A DNA stretch of 64,000 bases, from positions 4,960,001 through 5,024,000 of the forward strand of contig CAKKNE010000004.1 in the NCBI GenBank assembly GCA_918797485.1, read 5' to 3'. The notes under the pieces were generated by a model, which saw only the letters and a list, made by a program, of their open reading frames with translations, did not search any database and was not told the DNA's origin. Origin of the DNA: Pelagomonas calceolata (Eukaryota). The position numbers and the translations under genes are program-made. The first letter of the stretch is position 1. Every line of letters begins with the position of its first letter. This document shows, piece after piece, positions 11,702 through 22,610 of this stretch.

Positions 11702-12379
11702 CTACGATGGCCTTACGCGCTTCGCCACGTACACGAGCTCGAAGCCCTGGTGCTTCAGCGGGACGCCGTCCCCCGCGAAGCCGAGCTTCCTATAGAATCG
11801 CACGAGCTTCTGGTCCGTGCGGTCGTGGTGCAGTCCTAACACGCCGTCGCCCCAGCTCGCCGCCTCCTGCTCGCACGCCACGACGAGCGCGCCGCCGACG
11901 CCGCGGCGCCGCGCGTCGGGCCGTACCAATAAGTTCGCCAGGTACGGCGTAAGCGGCCCCATCAAGCCCTTGGCCCATTTTGGGAGGGGAAACGGGCCGG
12001 ACACCTCGCCGGCCGGCTGCGGCGAGACCTCGACGTAGCCTATCAAATCGTTCGACGCGTCCTTGCAGGTGAGGATGGAATGGTCGTCTCGGCAGAGCCG
12101 TATCCAGAAGCCCACGGTCAGCAGCGTGAGGAGGCCGAACTTTGACACGGGGTCGGTGTAGTCCTTGCCGAACTCCGCCTGGGCGAGCGTCACGATCGAC
12201 GACAGGTCCGCCATCGTGCCGCGGCCGTACTCCAACTCATCGGCAGTCGCGGCTGGTCCTCGCAGCGGTGTCACAATGTTACAAGACACGCTCCTTGGTG
12301 CAGTGAGCAGCGGTGGCGCGACCAAAGCCAGTGCAGTCTGTGCAGCAAGGCATACGTACGCGACGCGTCGACGGCGCAT
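11702..12379 (-). CDS. GNAT-family N-acetyltransferase, probably plastid-targeted
   Basis: YLANLLVRPDARRRGVGGAL (acetyl-CoA motif A), LVRFYRKLGF; signal-like N-terminus. Confidence 0.8.
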   Translation of the reverse strand: MRRRRVAYVCLAAQTALALVAPPLLTAPRSVSCNIVTPLRGPAATADELEYGRGTMADLSSIVTLAQAEFGKDYTDPVSKFGLLTLLTVGFWIRLCRDDHSILTCKDASNDLIGYVEVSPQPAGEVSGPFPLPKWAKGLMGPLTPYLANLLVRPDARRRGVGGALVVACEQEAASWGDGVLGLHHDRTDQKLVRFYRKLGFAGDGVPLKHQGFELVYVAKRVRPS

Positions 12380-12492
12380 CCACGGTCAGTTTTTGCACCG
12401 CTTCAGCTGTGGCCTGCAAGGCAGCTCTTTTAAGACCGGCGAGTAGATATCACTGACGCAGATCGAGCAATGCGCTTGCGCTCTGACTTTTT

Positions 12493-12514
12493 GCTAGCGG
12501 CTGAAAGACACTAG
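12493..12514 (+). promoter_or_regulatory. Recurrent intergenic motif GCTAGC-n-GTAAGACACTAG (putative promoter element)
   Basis: gctagcggctgaaagacactag between the divergent GNAT and VTC4 genes; about 10 related copies in the window. Confidence 0.5.
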
Positions 12515-12638
12515 AGATCTGGGCGTGCTCCACCAGCCATTAGGCATCTAATTGAAAGTATACAGGAAAAGAGTCGTAACCGATACAGTCCGACTCGTTG
12601 GTTGGCTCGCGCCTCCTTCTCAGGATTCCAACTTGGCA

Positions 12639-14855
12639 ATGTCCGAGGCCCAGCCGACGAGTAACATCACCTACGAGGCGACGCTGAACGCGGCGGCGAG
12701 CGCGTCGCGGTTCCCGGCCGGCGCTTTCCTCGACTACGCGGGGCTCAAGAAGATCCTGGAAGCGCTCGCGGAGATGTACGCGACGGGCGACCGGGCGGCC
12801 GAGGGCCTCGCGTACGCGTCGCTCGCCACGACGGGCCGCGACGCCGCCGCGGCCGTCAAACGGGCCCCGAGCTCCTTCCAGGTGTCCTCCCACGAAGCCT
12901 TCCTAGAAAAGCTCGACGGCGAGCTGGCCAAGTGCGACGACTTCGCCCACCGCGAAGTCGTGAAGGTCAAGCGCGAACTCGCGGAGCTCGAGTCCGGGGG
13001 CTCGCGACCGCGGTCCGGCTCCCTGGACGGCGACCCCGAGGAGGTGGAGGGGTGGAGGGTCGACGCCGTCGGCCAGCACTTCCTCGAGGTGGAGAAGTAC
13101 GTCAACGTCAACGTGACCGCGGTCCGCAAGATGCTCCGGAAGCACGACGCCGTGCTCCCGCAGCGGCCGATCGCCGCCTTCTACACCGCGCGCATGCACG
13201 ACATGCGCTGGGTGCAGACGGATTATTCGTCCGTGCTCGTGCGCCTCTCGCGCCTCTACGAAAGCAAGACGCAGGCGGCACCGCCCGCGACGGACTGGGG
13301 CGGCGTGACGGCCTTCGTCCGCGCCACTACCAAGTACTGGGTTCGGAGCGAGGACCTGTCGGCCGCTGTGTGGAAATCAACCAATGAGTTACTATCAGAG
13401 TTAGGTTCCGACGGGGACAACATCGCGTCGATGGCGTGGGCGCCCGAAATTTGATTTCCACGCAGGTCGGCCGTCAAGCTCGAGATCGGCAAGCACCTCC
13501 CCGTGCTCCTCTGCGGCGGCAAGGGCGAGGGCATCATGCCGGACTCGCAGCTCGTGAACTCCGTCTACCTCGACTCGCCGGCGCTCGAGCTGTACCACGG
13601 GCGGCTCAACAAGACGCCGGGCGCCGTGGCGTTACGGCTCCGGTGGTACGGCACGGGCGAGCCGACGCTGGTGTTCGTCGAGCGCAAGACGCACCGCGAC
13701 TCTTGGACTGGCGACGGCTCCGTCAAGGAGCGCTTCGTCGTGACGCCCGACGAGGTCCTGCCCCTGCTCCGGGGCGAGTTCGACCCGCGGGCGCCGCGCA
13801 AGAAGCCCTACGCGCCGCACGAGCTGGCCCTCTGCGACGAAGTCCAGGGCCTGATCGCGCGCAAGCACCTCGTCCCCACGATCCGGAGCCAGTGCCACCG
13901 CGTCGCCTACCAGCTCGCGCACTCCAACAGCGTGCGCTGTTCCATCGACACGAACCTGACGCTGGTGAACGAGATCCAGAAGGCCGAGTTCGACCCCCTC
14001 GACGACCACACGCGCAAGGAGCCGACGCTCCTGCGCTGGTACAGGGACGCCACGAAAGGCATCCCCGCGCACGAGATCACCCGCTTCCCCTTCGCGGTGC
14101 TCGAGCTCAAGCTCGCGCTCGCGGAGGGCGAGGACCAGCCGGAGTGGACCAAGCCGCTCGTCGACTCCCTGGAACTGGCACCGGTCAACAAGTTTTCGAA
14201 GTTCATACACGCGTGCGCCACGCTCCTGCCGGACGAGGTCCAGGCCATGCCCTACTGGATCGACGACCCGGCCCTGCGCGACTCGATCAAGGCGACGAAC
14301 TCGACGCTGCTCAAGGCCGAGGACCAGGTCGGCTACACACAGACAGAGGCAGGACGCATCGAGGCGTGGACGAACCCGTCGCAGCAGTGGGCGCGGCCCG
14401 ACCTCCTCGGCCCGACGCGCCAGGTGCCACAGAGAGAAACGTGCTTCGGCCGCGACACGGACGTGCGGGGCGGCATGCAGAAGCCCCTCGTGCGCCAGAA
14501 GCTGGAACCGAAGCTCATCTTCGCGACGGAGAGGACGTTCGTCCACTGGCTTCACGCTTCGGTCGTGTTCCTCACCTTCGGCGCCGGCGCCATGGCCGTC
14601 GCCGACGGCGCGGCAGGCACGGCGGCCGAGCGCTCGCGGGCTTGGGTTGTCGCAGTCGCATTATCCGTGGGCTCCATCGCGATCAACATATTCGCGCTCT
14701 ACAACTACAAGTGGCGCCTCGGCCGCATCCGGTCGCGGGAGCCCGTCGAATGGGGCGACCCGCGCGGGCCGGCCGTGCTCGGCTCCATACTCATCGCACT
14801 CCTGTCGCTGAGCCTTGTCCTCAACACTAGGCGCCTCATGGCGGGGGAGATCTAG
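12639..14855 (+). CDS. VTC4: Vacuolar transporter chaperone / polyphosphate polymerase (SPX + VTC + DUF202); intron 13358-13465
   Basis: SPX (FLDYAGLKK, NVTAVRKMLRKHD); VTC (FVRATTKYWV, NSVYLDS, ALRLRWYG, FVERKTH, FPFAVLELK, KFSKFIHA); C-terminal EPKLIFATERTFVHW plus 3 TM helices. Confidence 0.92.
13366..13465. mobile_element. Introner element (intron 13358-13465, GT-AG)
   Basis: TIRs ctgtgtggaaatcaa / ttgatttccacgcag; perfect TSD gtcggccg. Confidence 0.95.
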
Positions 14856-14995
14856 CCCCCTCCGGCGAAGTATGACTTGTATAATAGATGGGGCCTCACA
14901 TTCAATAATCTTACGCCTCCGCGATGACGCGGCGGCCCGCGCTCCGACGTCGAGAGCGTGCGCAGGTGCGTGGGGGACGTCGGGGTATTGCTCGA

Positions 14996-17900
14996 TCAGC
15001 GCCGGATGTGCCCCCAGACCTCCGTCTTCGTCCCCGGCCCGCCGTCGGGGTCCGGCCGGTCGTAGGCCTCCACGGGCGCTTCGAAGGACGCCTCCTCGAG
15101 GCGCCGCCGCGCCCAGGACGTCTCGGCGACCTGCGTCCAGGGCAGCGGCGCGTCGGGGTGGTAGTTCGTCGTCGACGTCGCCCACCAGATGGCCGGGTCG
15201 ACGGCCTGCTTGTCGACGTCGGGGTCGATCAACTGGTCGTTGAAGTTCACGGGGCAGGTCAGGTCGTAGATGCAGGACAGCGAGTAGCGCGCGCGGTCGT
15301 TCGGCTGGAAGCTGTACTGGTGGAAGCGGCCGAGCGCCTCCCTTCGCGGCTTCAGGTTGAAGTCGTCGGGCGGCAGCAAGGGAGGCTGGAAGGTCGTCGC
15401 GATGCGCGCCTCCGCGTTGCCGTCGATGGACCAGTCGAACTGGCCGTAGGACTGGATCAGCGAATCGAGGGCCGCGTCCTCGAGCTCGCCCTCGAACGAG
15501 TCGAGCTGCGACGTCGTATCCAGCAGATCCGGCGTCAGGGCCGACACCGCCACGAACTTGGCCCGGCGCCTTTCTACGACGTAGAGCTCCTTGACGAGCT
15601 CGTCGGGCATGGTGGGGTGCAGGGGGTTGTCCTCGATGTTCGAACAGTTCCCGCGGTCCTGCAGCTCCCGCGTCGGGATCTCGGGGTCGTTCAGCCCGTA
15701 GTCCTCGTCCTTCTGGCGCAGGCCGCAGGCGCCGTCGCGGTACGAGTTCTTCCAGGGCTGCGCGCGGACGTCCGGCACGCTGTTCGGCCGCCACTCGGAC
15801 TTCGACGGGTCGTCGGGGTCCATGAACCGCGACTTGACGCCGTCCGTCGTGAAGTACGTGTCGTCGTAGCCCTGGCCCTCGACGACCTTGTAGAACTCGG
15901 GGTCGGGGCACAACGCGTAGTTCTCGCCCGTCGAGTGGCCGCGGGGCACCAGGTACCTGTTCCCCGGGTTCGCCCGTTCCACGCACCAGACCTTCCAGGG
16001 CTTGTCTTCCAGGCGCCACCGCTGCAGATAAATGTCATGATAGTCGTCGTAGTCCTTCTGGTAGATGCCCCGGTGGTACGACAGCCCGAAGTCGTTCACC
16101 CACTTACCGGTCGAGTCCTTCTTCTTCGCCATCTCCCAGATGGGCTGCATCTGCGCGCCCGGCAATAGATGTTCGATCTCCGCGAAGTACGTCCTCCCCA
16201 GCAGCGCCGTCGACCGCGGCTCGACGGTCTTCGGGTGCGGCGCCTCGCCGCCCACGGCCCAGACGGCCATGTCGCGCGTCTCGTTGCCGTCGGGATAGAG
16301 CGTGCGCCGGAAATGGAACGGCCCGCCCGCGTGCGCCGACGACGCGACGCCCGCCAAGCCCCGCCCCTTGCTCCCGTTGTGCACGACCATCCACATCACG
16401 TACCCGTGGCCCTGCACGACGCGCGGCGCGTCGGGTCTCGTGGACGCGTAGGGGTCGTTGGAGTCGGGCTTCTGCTCGACGTCGGCCGTCAGGACGCGCG
16501 GCCGAGACGCGACGAGCCCTTTACTCCCGACGCAGCCGTAGCCCCCCTTCGTGCCGTGGATCGTCCCGTAGCCGTCGCAGCCCAGCTGCCAGGCGTCCCT
16601 GCGGTCCGTCATATCTGTTAGATTTGCGTAGTGCAGCGCGATGCCCTCGCGCTTCCACTCGATCAAGTCGTCGGTCGAGCACGCCCCCACGCCGCCCTTC
16701 AACCAGTCCGGCGCCGCGTCGCCGTCGTTCAGCGGCCCGTGGGGCGCGTCGTGCTCGCCGTACCAGAGGTGCGTGGGCGTCGGCCGCCCCCCATCCTTAC
16801 CGTACCACGCCGTGTAGTACTTGGCGTCGTTGTCGAACTGCGTCTGGCGCTGGGGCGCGTCCGCATCCTCCGTCGTCGCGGGGAAGGCGCCGTAGTTGCC
16901 CTCGTACTGGAGATCGTGCTCCGCATCGGCATGGTCCGTCGCCGTCCACCGTTCATTCTCGGCATACCCGCGCGTCGCGCGGTCGGCGAGGTCGCGGCTC
17001 GGGCCGCCGCCGCCGGCCACGCCGCCCGCCAGCGTCAGCAGCGCGCCGGCGTGCACGGGGTTCGCGCCGCCCCGCAAATCCCCGCTCCCAAACCGCTGCT
17101 CGACGTCGCTCCGGAAATCTACCAAACCGGCGCCGTCGTAGGCCACCAGCCCGCCGTTGTCCAGTCGATCGACGCGGTTCGTGGAGCCCCGCGCGTCCGT
17201 GAATTTGTAGAGGTCGCGCTTCGACACGTGCGTGTCGTGGCGGACCATGGGCGCGCGCGTCGTCCGGCCCCCCAGGTCCTCGGCGTCCCATCCTTTTGCG
17301 TCCGGCCGCGGCGTCTCGAACTCGGGGCCCCTTCTTGTGGTTTTTGGGCAGCGGAAGGCCATCGTGTGGTCCGGCCCGACGTAGATTTCGTCCACTCTCA
17401 GAGTGCCTCCATCGCTTATAGCGTACACGCCCAAGCGGTTGACGCCCGTCGCCTCGCGGGTCCAGGGCGCGTCGCCCCCGATCGGGGCGTCGTCCGCCCG
17501 CAACACGTCGTCGACCCAGACGTCGTAGACCATCCGCGTCCAGTCGAGCGAGACGTCGACCTTGTACCAGCGCCGCAGTCTCGCTTTGTGGAGGAGCGTC
17601 GACCGCGGCGCGCCGCGGCCGGCGCCTCCTAGCACGCCCGCCGGGCCCTGCTCCTCGCGCTCGCCCGGCGCCGCGCGGAAGCCGCCGCCGTGCACGAGCC
17701 TATCGGAAATGGCGACGCCGACGGCAACCGTGGAATTGGCGTGGACCGGCGTGGCCCGCTTTGGTAACGGCGAGGCGAAGGACGGGTTGCCGACGGCCCA
17801 CGGGTCCGTGTTCGGGGGAATCTCGTCGGGCGCGTCGTAGAGCGCGACCATGCCGCCCCAGGTCCCCGCCCGCCGCGGAATCTGCGTGTCGTTGCGCGGG

Positions 17901-20900
17901 TCCAGCCGCACGAAGAAGGACAGCCGCGCCGGCCGCGCGCGGCGCGCGAGCTGGAACTCGGGGCCGTCGAAGCTAATCCGCGGCTCGATCACCCTGTCGC
18001 CCGCGGCCGCGTTCCGCTCGCTCGCCGCGCCCGTGTCCCGCAGGCGGCCGTCCACGCGCAGCGACCCGTAGGTGCCGTAGGCGCCTCCCACCGTATTGTC
18101 CTCGTGGATCTCGACGTCGTAGCCCAGATCAAAAAGCGTGTCGACGCGGACGGTGCCCCGCGACCCGTCGCGGTGATGCTGCCGCGCCGCCTTGCCGTCG
18201 GCGCACCCGTCCACGACGCGCTGGGCCGCGGCGTCCCACTCCCGACACGCGCCGCCCGCGACGTCGATCCGGGCCGAGACGTCGTCGGGCCGCCAGAGCG
18301 CGTTGGCGTAGAGCGCGACGCGGCCGCCGCCGCCGCCGCCGCCGCCCCGGGGCGCGGCGCCGCCGGCGCCGCCCCGCGCGGAGATCGTGCCGCGGAGCCG
18401 GATCACGCCGCCGGCCGCGAGCAGCACGGACCCGCCCGACCCGCCCCCGCCCCCCGCGTTGTTCGACTCGTGGCCGGGCGCCGCGTCCACGCGAATGTGG
18501 CAGAACTCGCCGATCTCCAGGTCGTTCACCGCCACGAGCTCGATCGCGCCGCCGCCCGCGCCGCCGCGGCCGCCCAGCGAGAAGCGCCTCTTTCCAACAC
18601 GCGGGTCCTGCTTCGTCGTCGCGTAGACGGGCGTGAAGCGCGACGCGATGTCCGACCCGTTGAGCTTCCACCTGTACTGGGGGTCGTCGACCGTGCTCCC
18701 GTTTTTGATGTCGGGCAGCACCTCGGGGTCCAGGGCCTCGAAGAGGTAGGGGTGCATGAGGCCCAGCGCGCCGCCCGAACCGCCGAGCAGCGAGCCCCGC
18801 GCCCCGCCGAAGTCGCTGCCGTGCGCGTACGTCCGGCCGACGCCGCCGAAGCTGCCGCCGCGGGGCGACCACGCGACGGCGGTCCCGTTCGTCACGTTGG
18901 CCCGCCCGAGGGCGTCCAGCAGGTCCGACGTGTCACCTCTGTACTCCCGCAGCGCCTCCGGCGCGAGCCGCGCGTCGACGGCGACGGCCGGGTTCGCGTA
19001 CGAGCTCAGTATGGAATTCTTTCCGCCCCGGAAGAAGGCGGCGCCGTCGCGCGCCGCGGCCCCGAGGGCGTAGGACCACGACGCGTCGCGGTCGCCGGGC
19101 GCCGGCGCGCCGCCGCGGCCGCCGTGCGCCGCGCCGCCGCCGCCGAACGCGAGCGTGAACGACGCCTCGCACCCGAAGGCCGTGCGGTTCGTGGCCGCGA
19201 GGATCGGCCGGTGCGAGAGGAAGTGGCCCCGCCGCGCGACGACGGAGGCCCCCGCCCCCGTGAGCGCGCCCGCCGCGGTGAGGTTCGGGCACGGGCCCTC
19301 GGGCTCGAGCCACTCGCCCGTCGGCTTGAGGGACGGCACGGACGTGTCGTACGACGGCGCGAGGGTGTCGTAGGTCGGCGCCGCCGTCGGCGTCTCGTCG
19401 TAGACGTCCCCGTCGAGGGGGCCGCGCGGCGCGCCCTTCCAGTCGTAGCCGACGGGCGCGCGCGGCGTGATGACGTCGTCGAGCGTGACGAGCGTCAGCG
19501 TCCACTCCAGGCCGCCGCCGGGCCGCGGGCCGTCCTCGCAGAGCCCGTCGTCGCACTCGCCGCCGACGCGGTCGCCGTCGCTCCGCGTCGCCGACGCCGC
19601 GACGACGTGCGGCAGGTCCTCGACGAGGGCGCGCGCCACGGCCAGCGACGTGGCGTCGTGCGCGAGCGGGCGCGTCGCCGTCCCGCGGAACTTGAGCGCG
19701 AAGGTGCCGCCCAGGCTGTTACCGCCCTGCAGCCGCTCGATCCTGATGTTCGCGCCCATGCCCGTCAGGTGGTCCTCGACGCCCAGGAGCTCCATGGCGC
19801 CGATCTGCGACGTGAAGGTCAGCGTCCACTGCGCCGCGTCGTCCCCCATCACACCGCGGCGCTTCGCGACGGCGCACCGCCCGACGCCCGGCGCGTGGTC
19901 CTCCACCCGATTGTCCAGGCCCGTCGACCGGTGCACGGCGTGCGCCCGGTTCAAGTCCTCCTCGCAGGCCCGCCGCACGAGGTCCGCCGACGCGTCCGGC
20001 GGGAGCGACCGCGACCGGAAGTCGCGGTACGTGAGCCGCCAGAATCCCCCCAGGTTCTCGCCCGCGTCGCCCGCGAGCGTGACGCGTTGGATTTCGTCGA
20101 CGTCGCTCGCCTCCGTCCGCACGCTCCGGAGGTGGACGCGGACGGACGGCGCGCCGGGCCCGTTCGCGTTCGTCGAGGCGATGGTGCCGTCGAGGATCTG
20201 CGGGTCGCCGAGCGGCACGTCCCGCGGGTCGTCCCGCAGCACGTCCGCGGGGTCGCTGCCCACCGAATAGCCGCCGGGGAAGCCGCCGAGCGTGCCCGGC
20301 GCGACGACGAAAGGCGTCTGGAAGCGCGCCGTGCTGCGCGACGCGAGGATCAGCGGCCGCTGGCCCACGACGGTCACGTTCACCTCGGGCCCGAGGTCGA
20401 TCTGGTCGAAGCTAAAGACCGCGATCTCCTCGCCGCCCGGCTGGATCAGGAGCTCCCCGTCTATTTCGTAGACGCCCCGGATCGTTATCGACGACGTGTT
20501 GATGAAGAGCTGGCACCTTCGTAGTAAAGTGCACTGCGTCCCGTTCAGGTCCTTGAGGACCTTCTCCTCGGCCTTGATCTTCGCCCGGATGTCGTCGGCT
20601 CTCTTCCGCATGAGCTGGATCACGTCGAAGCGCGTCCGCGCGCCGTCCGCGTCCAGGACCGCCGTCTCGCGCCAGCTCTCGACCCAGGCGAGGTCGTCCC
20701 GGATGTTCTTGATGAGCTTCTCCTGGAGCGCGACGTCCCGCGCGAGCCGCGCGCGGTTGAGCACGAGCCCGCCGTTGAACTTGACGGCGGAGCAGGCCTG
20801 GCGCTCGTGGCACCAGCCCCAGGGGTCGACCGTCCGCACGGGCGGCGCCCCGAGCCGCTTCAACCGCATGGGCGCGACGTGCGCGCCGCGCACGGCGCCG

Positions 20901-22327
20901 GTCGCGTTCGCGGTGCCGTCCCAGCGGGCGAAGCCGCGCGGGCCCCAGCCGCCCGTGCCGACGCGCCAGTCCTCGAAGGGCGCGAAGAGGTCCGCGTGGC
21001 GGTGGGCGCCGCCCGCGAAGACCTGGGTCGTGTGGTAGCGCGTCGCGTTCTCGACGTAGTAGTGCTCGTAGCCGCGCGCGCACCGCTGCGTCGCCTTGCA
21101 CCGCTCGTAGGCCTCGTTGATCGAGTGGGCGGCGTAGCCGTGGTACGGCAGCGAGCTGTTGCCGCGCACGGCGTACGGGAGGTGGTCCGACGTCCGCTTC
21201 CGCGGCGTGCCGCCGACGCCGGACACGCCCCACGACGGGTCGACGCGCACCGTGACGTTGCCGTCGTAGAGCCGGGACGTCGGGTCCCGCACCTGCTCCA
21301 GCAGGTCGGAGACGCAGTCGGCGACGGGCGTCCCCCCGGACCAGGTGGGGAAGATGCGGAAGTGCGCCAGCACCTGGTCCGGCGCAGCGGGCCGCACGGC
21401 CAGGACCTCGACGCGGTGGCGCTCGATGTCCAGCGCGCGCGACACGTCCTCTTCAAAATAGTTCTCCCACTCGCAGTACGCGCTCGCGGTGTGCGACGCC
21501 TCGGTGCGGCCCGACGCGCCGGCCGCCGCCTCGCAGAAGCGCTCCAGACCCCTATTGAGGGTCATGTGGCCGAAGGCCCGGTGCTTCGACGCCTCGAAGT
21601 GCTCCGCGGCCTCGCCGAGGCCGGCGTCCTGCTGCAGGTGCTCCGCGGGGTTGCTCACGACGTCCATGGAGAACTGGAGGCGCAGCGACATGTCCCAGTC
21701 GAGGGCGACGAGGCCCCAGTGCCGGTCCGTCGCGGCCGTGACCTTCTTCGCGCGGTCGCCGGCGAAGAGCGGCGAGTCCAGGAACTGCGTCTGGTTCGTG
21801 AGGTCCCGCACGACGGAGGGCACGTCGGGCGAGTTCTCGCAGGGGTGCGCGCACGTGCGCCGCGCGTCGAGCGGCGTCGCCGAGCACGGCGGCTCCTTCG
21901 TCTCGATGGTCTCGATGCGGCGCGACGCCGCCTCGCCCATCTCGACGTAGATCTCCAGGCCCGGCGGGCAGGCCGCGAGGATGCGGAAGCGGATGACCGT
22001 CGTCGTCCAGCGCCAGGCGAAGTGCACGTCGCCCTCGGTCACGTTGAGGACCACGATGCGGTCCGTGTGCACGCCCGTCGCCAGCGACATGTCCAGGATG
22101 AACTGCGACTCGAAGACCTCGCGCGCACTTGTGACGCCCATGGCGATGCCGTTCAGGAGCCGCTGGCCGGGCCCCTTGAGCGAACTGAAGTCGACGCGTA
22201 TTGCAAGATCCGCGTCGGGGCTGTCCTGGGCGCCGGAGGGGCGCGGGTACTCCATGACCCAGTCGTCCTGGAAGTGGGCGGCCCTCGTCAGGGTGGCCGC
22301 ACCCAGCCATAATCGCAAGAGGCGCAT
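14996..22327 (-). CDS. Large secreted multidomain protein (2443 aa) with Gly-rich segments, a LamG-like part and a C-terminal GH43-like beta-propeller
   Basis: Signal peptide; intronless ORF with typical GC3 bias; GVGACSTDDLIEWKREGIAL, YVMWM, AGVASSAHAGGPF, ETRDMAVW resemble GH43. Confidence 0.75.
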   Translation of the reverse strand: MRLLRLWLGAATLTRAAHFQDDWVMEYPRPSGAQDSPDADLAIRVDFSSLKGPGQRLLNGIAMGVTSAREVFESQFILDMSLATGVHTDRIVVLNVTEGDVHFAWRWTTTVIRFRILAACPPGLEIYVEMGEAASRRIETIETKEPPCSATPLDARRTCAHPCENSPDVPSVVRDLTNQTQFLDSPLFAGDRAKKVTAATDRHWGLVALDWDMSLRLQFSMDVVSNPAEHLQQDAGLGEAAEHFEASKHRAFGHMTLNRGLERFCEAAAGASGRTEASHTASAYCEWENYFEEDVSRALDIERHRVEVLAVRPAAPDQVLAHFRIFPTWSGGTPVADCVSDLLEQVRDPTSRLYDGNVTVRVDPSWGVSGVGGTPRKRTSDHLPYAVRGNSSLPYHGYAAHSINEAYERCKATQRCARGYEHYYVENATRYHTTQVFAGGAHRHADLFAPFEDWRVGTGGWGPRGFARWDGTANATGAVRGAHVAPMRLKRLGAPPVRTVDPWGWCHERQACSAVKFNGGLVLNRARLARDVALQEKLIKNIRDDLAWVESWRETAVLDADGARTRFDVIQLMRKRADDIRAKIKAEEKVLKDLNGTQCTLLRRCQLFINTSSITIRGVYEIDGELLIQPGGEEIAVFSFDQIDLGPEVNVTVVGQRPLILASRSTARFQTPFVVAPGTLGGFPGGYSVGSDPADVLRDDPRDVPLGDPQILDGTIASTNANGPGAPSVRVHLRSVRTEASDVDEIQRVTLAGDAGENLGGFWRLTYRDFRSRSLPPDASADLVRRACEEDLNRAHAVHRSTGLDNRVEDHAPGVGRCAVAKRRGVMGDDAAQWTLTFTSQIGAMELLGVEDHLTGMGANIRIERLQGGNSLGGTFALKFRGTATRPLAHDATSLAVARALVEDLPHVVAASATRSDGDRVGGECDDGLCEDGPRPGGGLEWTLTLVTLDDVITPRAPVGYDWKGAPRGPLDGDVYDETPTAAPTYDTLAPSYDTSVPSLKPTGEWLEPEGPCPNLTAAGALTGAGASVVARRGHFLSHRPILAATNRTAFGCEASFTLAFGGGGAAHGGRGGAPAPGDRDASWSYALGAAARDGAAFFRGGKNSILSSYANPAVAVDARLAPEALREYRGDTSDLLDALGRANVTNGTAVAWSPRGGSFGGVGRTYAHGSDFGGARGSLLGGSGGALGLMHPYLFEALDPEVLPDIKNGSTVDDPQYRWKLNGSDIASRFTPVYATTKQDPRVGKRRFSLGGRGGAGGGAIELVAVNDLEIGEFCHIRVDAAPGHESNNAGGGGGSGGSVLLAAGGVIRLRGTISARGGAGGAAPRGGGGGGGGRVALYANALWRPDDVSARIDVAGGACREWDAAAQRVVDGCADGKAARQHHRDGSRGTVRVDTLFDLGYDVEIHEDNTVGGAYGTYGSLRVDGRLRDTGAASERNAAAGDRVIEPRISFDGPEFQLARRARPARLSFFVRLDPRNDTQIPRRAGTWGGMVALYDAPDEIPPNTDPWAVGNPSFASPLPKRATPVHANSTVAVGVAISDRLVHGGGFRAAPGEREEQGPAGVLGGAGRGAPRSTLLHKARLRRWYKVDVSLDWTRMVYDVWVDDVLRADDAPIGGDAPWTREATGVNRLGVYAISDGGTLRVDEIYVGPDHTMAFRCPKTTRRGPEFETPRPDAKGWDAEDLGGRTTRAPMVRHDTHVSKRDLYKFTDARGSTNRVDRLDNGGLVAYDGAGLVDFRSDVEQRFGSGDLRGGANPVHAGALLTLAGGVAGGGGPSRDLADRATRGYAENERWTATDHADAEHDLQYEGNYGAFPATTEDADAPQRQTQFDNDAKYYTAWYGKDGGRPTPTHLWYGEHDAPHGPLNDGDAAPDWLKGGVGACSTDDLIEWKREGIALHYANLTDMTDRRDAWQLGCDGYGTIHGTKGGYGCVGSKGLVASRPRVLTADVEQKPDSNDPYASTRPDAPRVVQGHGYVMWMVVHNGSKGRGLAGVASSAHAGGPFHFRRTLYPDGNETRDMAVWAVGGEAPHPKTVEPRSTALLGRTYFAEIEHLLPGAQMQPIWEMAKKKDSTGKWVNDFGLSYHRGIYQKDYDDYHDIYLQRWRLEDKPWKVWCVERANPGNRYLVPRGHSTGENYALCPDPEFYKVVEGQGYDDTYFTTDGVKSRFMDPDDPSKSEWRPNSVPDVRAQPWKNSYRDGACGLRQKDEDYGLNDPEIPTRELQDRGNCSNIEDNPLHPTMPDELVKELYVVERRRAKFVAVSALTPDLLDTTSQLDSFEGELEDAALDSLIQSYGQFDWSIDGNAEARIATTFQPPLLPPDDFNLKPRREALGRFHQYSFQPNDRARYSLSCIYDLTCPVNFNDQLIDPDVDKQAVDPAIWWATSTTNYHPDAPLPWTQVAETSWARRRLEEASFEAPVEAYDRPDPDGGPGTKTEVWGHIRR

Positions 22328-22610
22328 CGTGGGTCGTGCCTAGGCCGTGGCCATCGTGGCGGTCGCGACTCCGGGCAGCCCACAGGCGCTCCGGCGGCGC
22401 TTAGACCTGCCTGCGGTCCGCTAGTCCCGGAGTCCAAACCCGGCACAGCCAAGCCCGGACGACGACGACACGACACGACGACCGCCAGACTCGGTGTTCC
22501 TGCGGCAGACCTCCTCTTTGCCAATCGAGGACCTGGCGTAAAATCGTCGAGAGCCTCAGAGAGTGGGGCCGCTCTCCGGCGGCATCCCGGCACAAAGAGT
22601 CCGGACAGCG

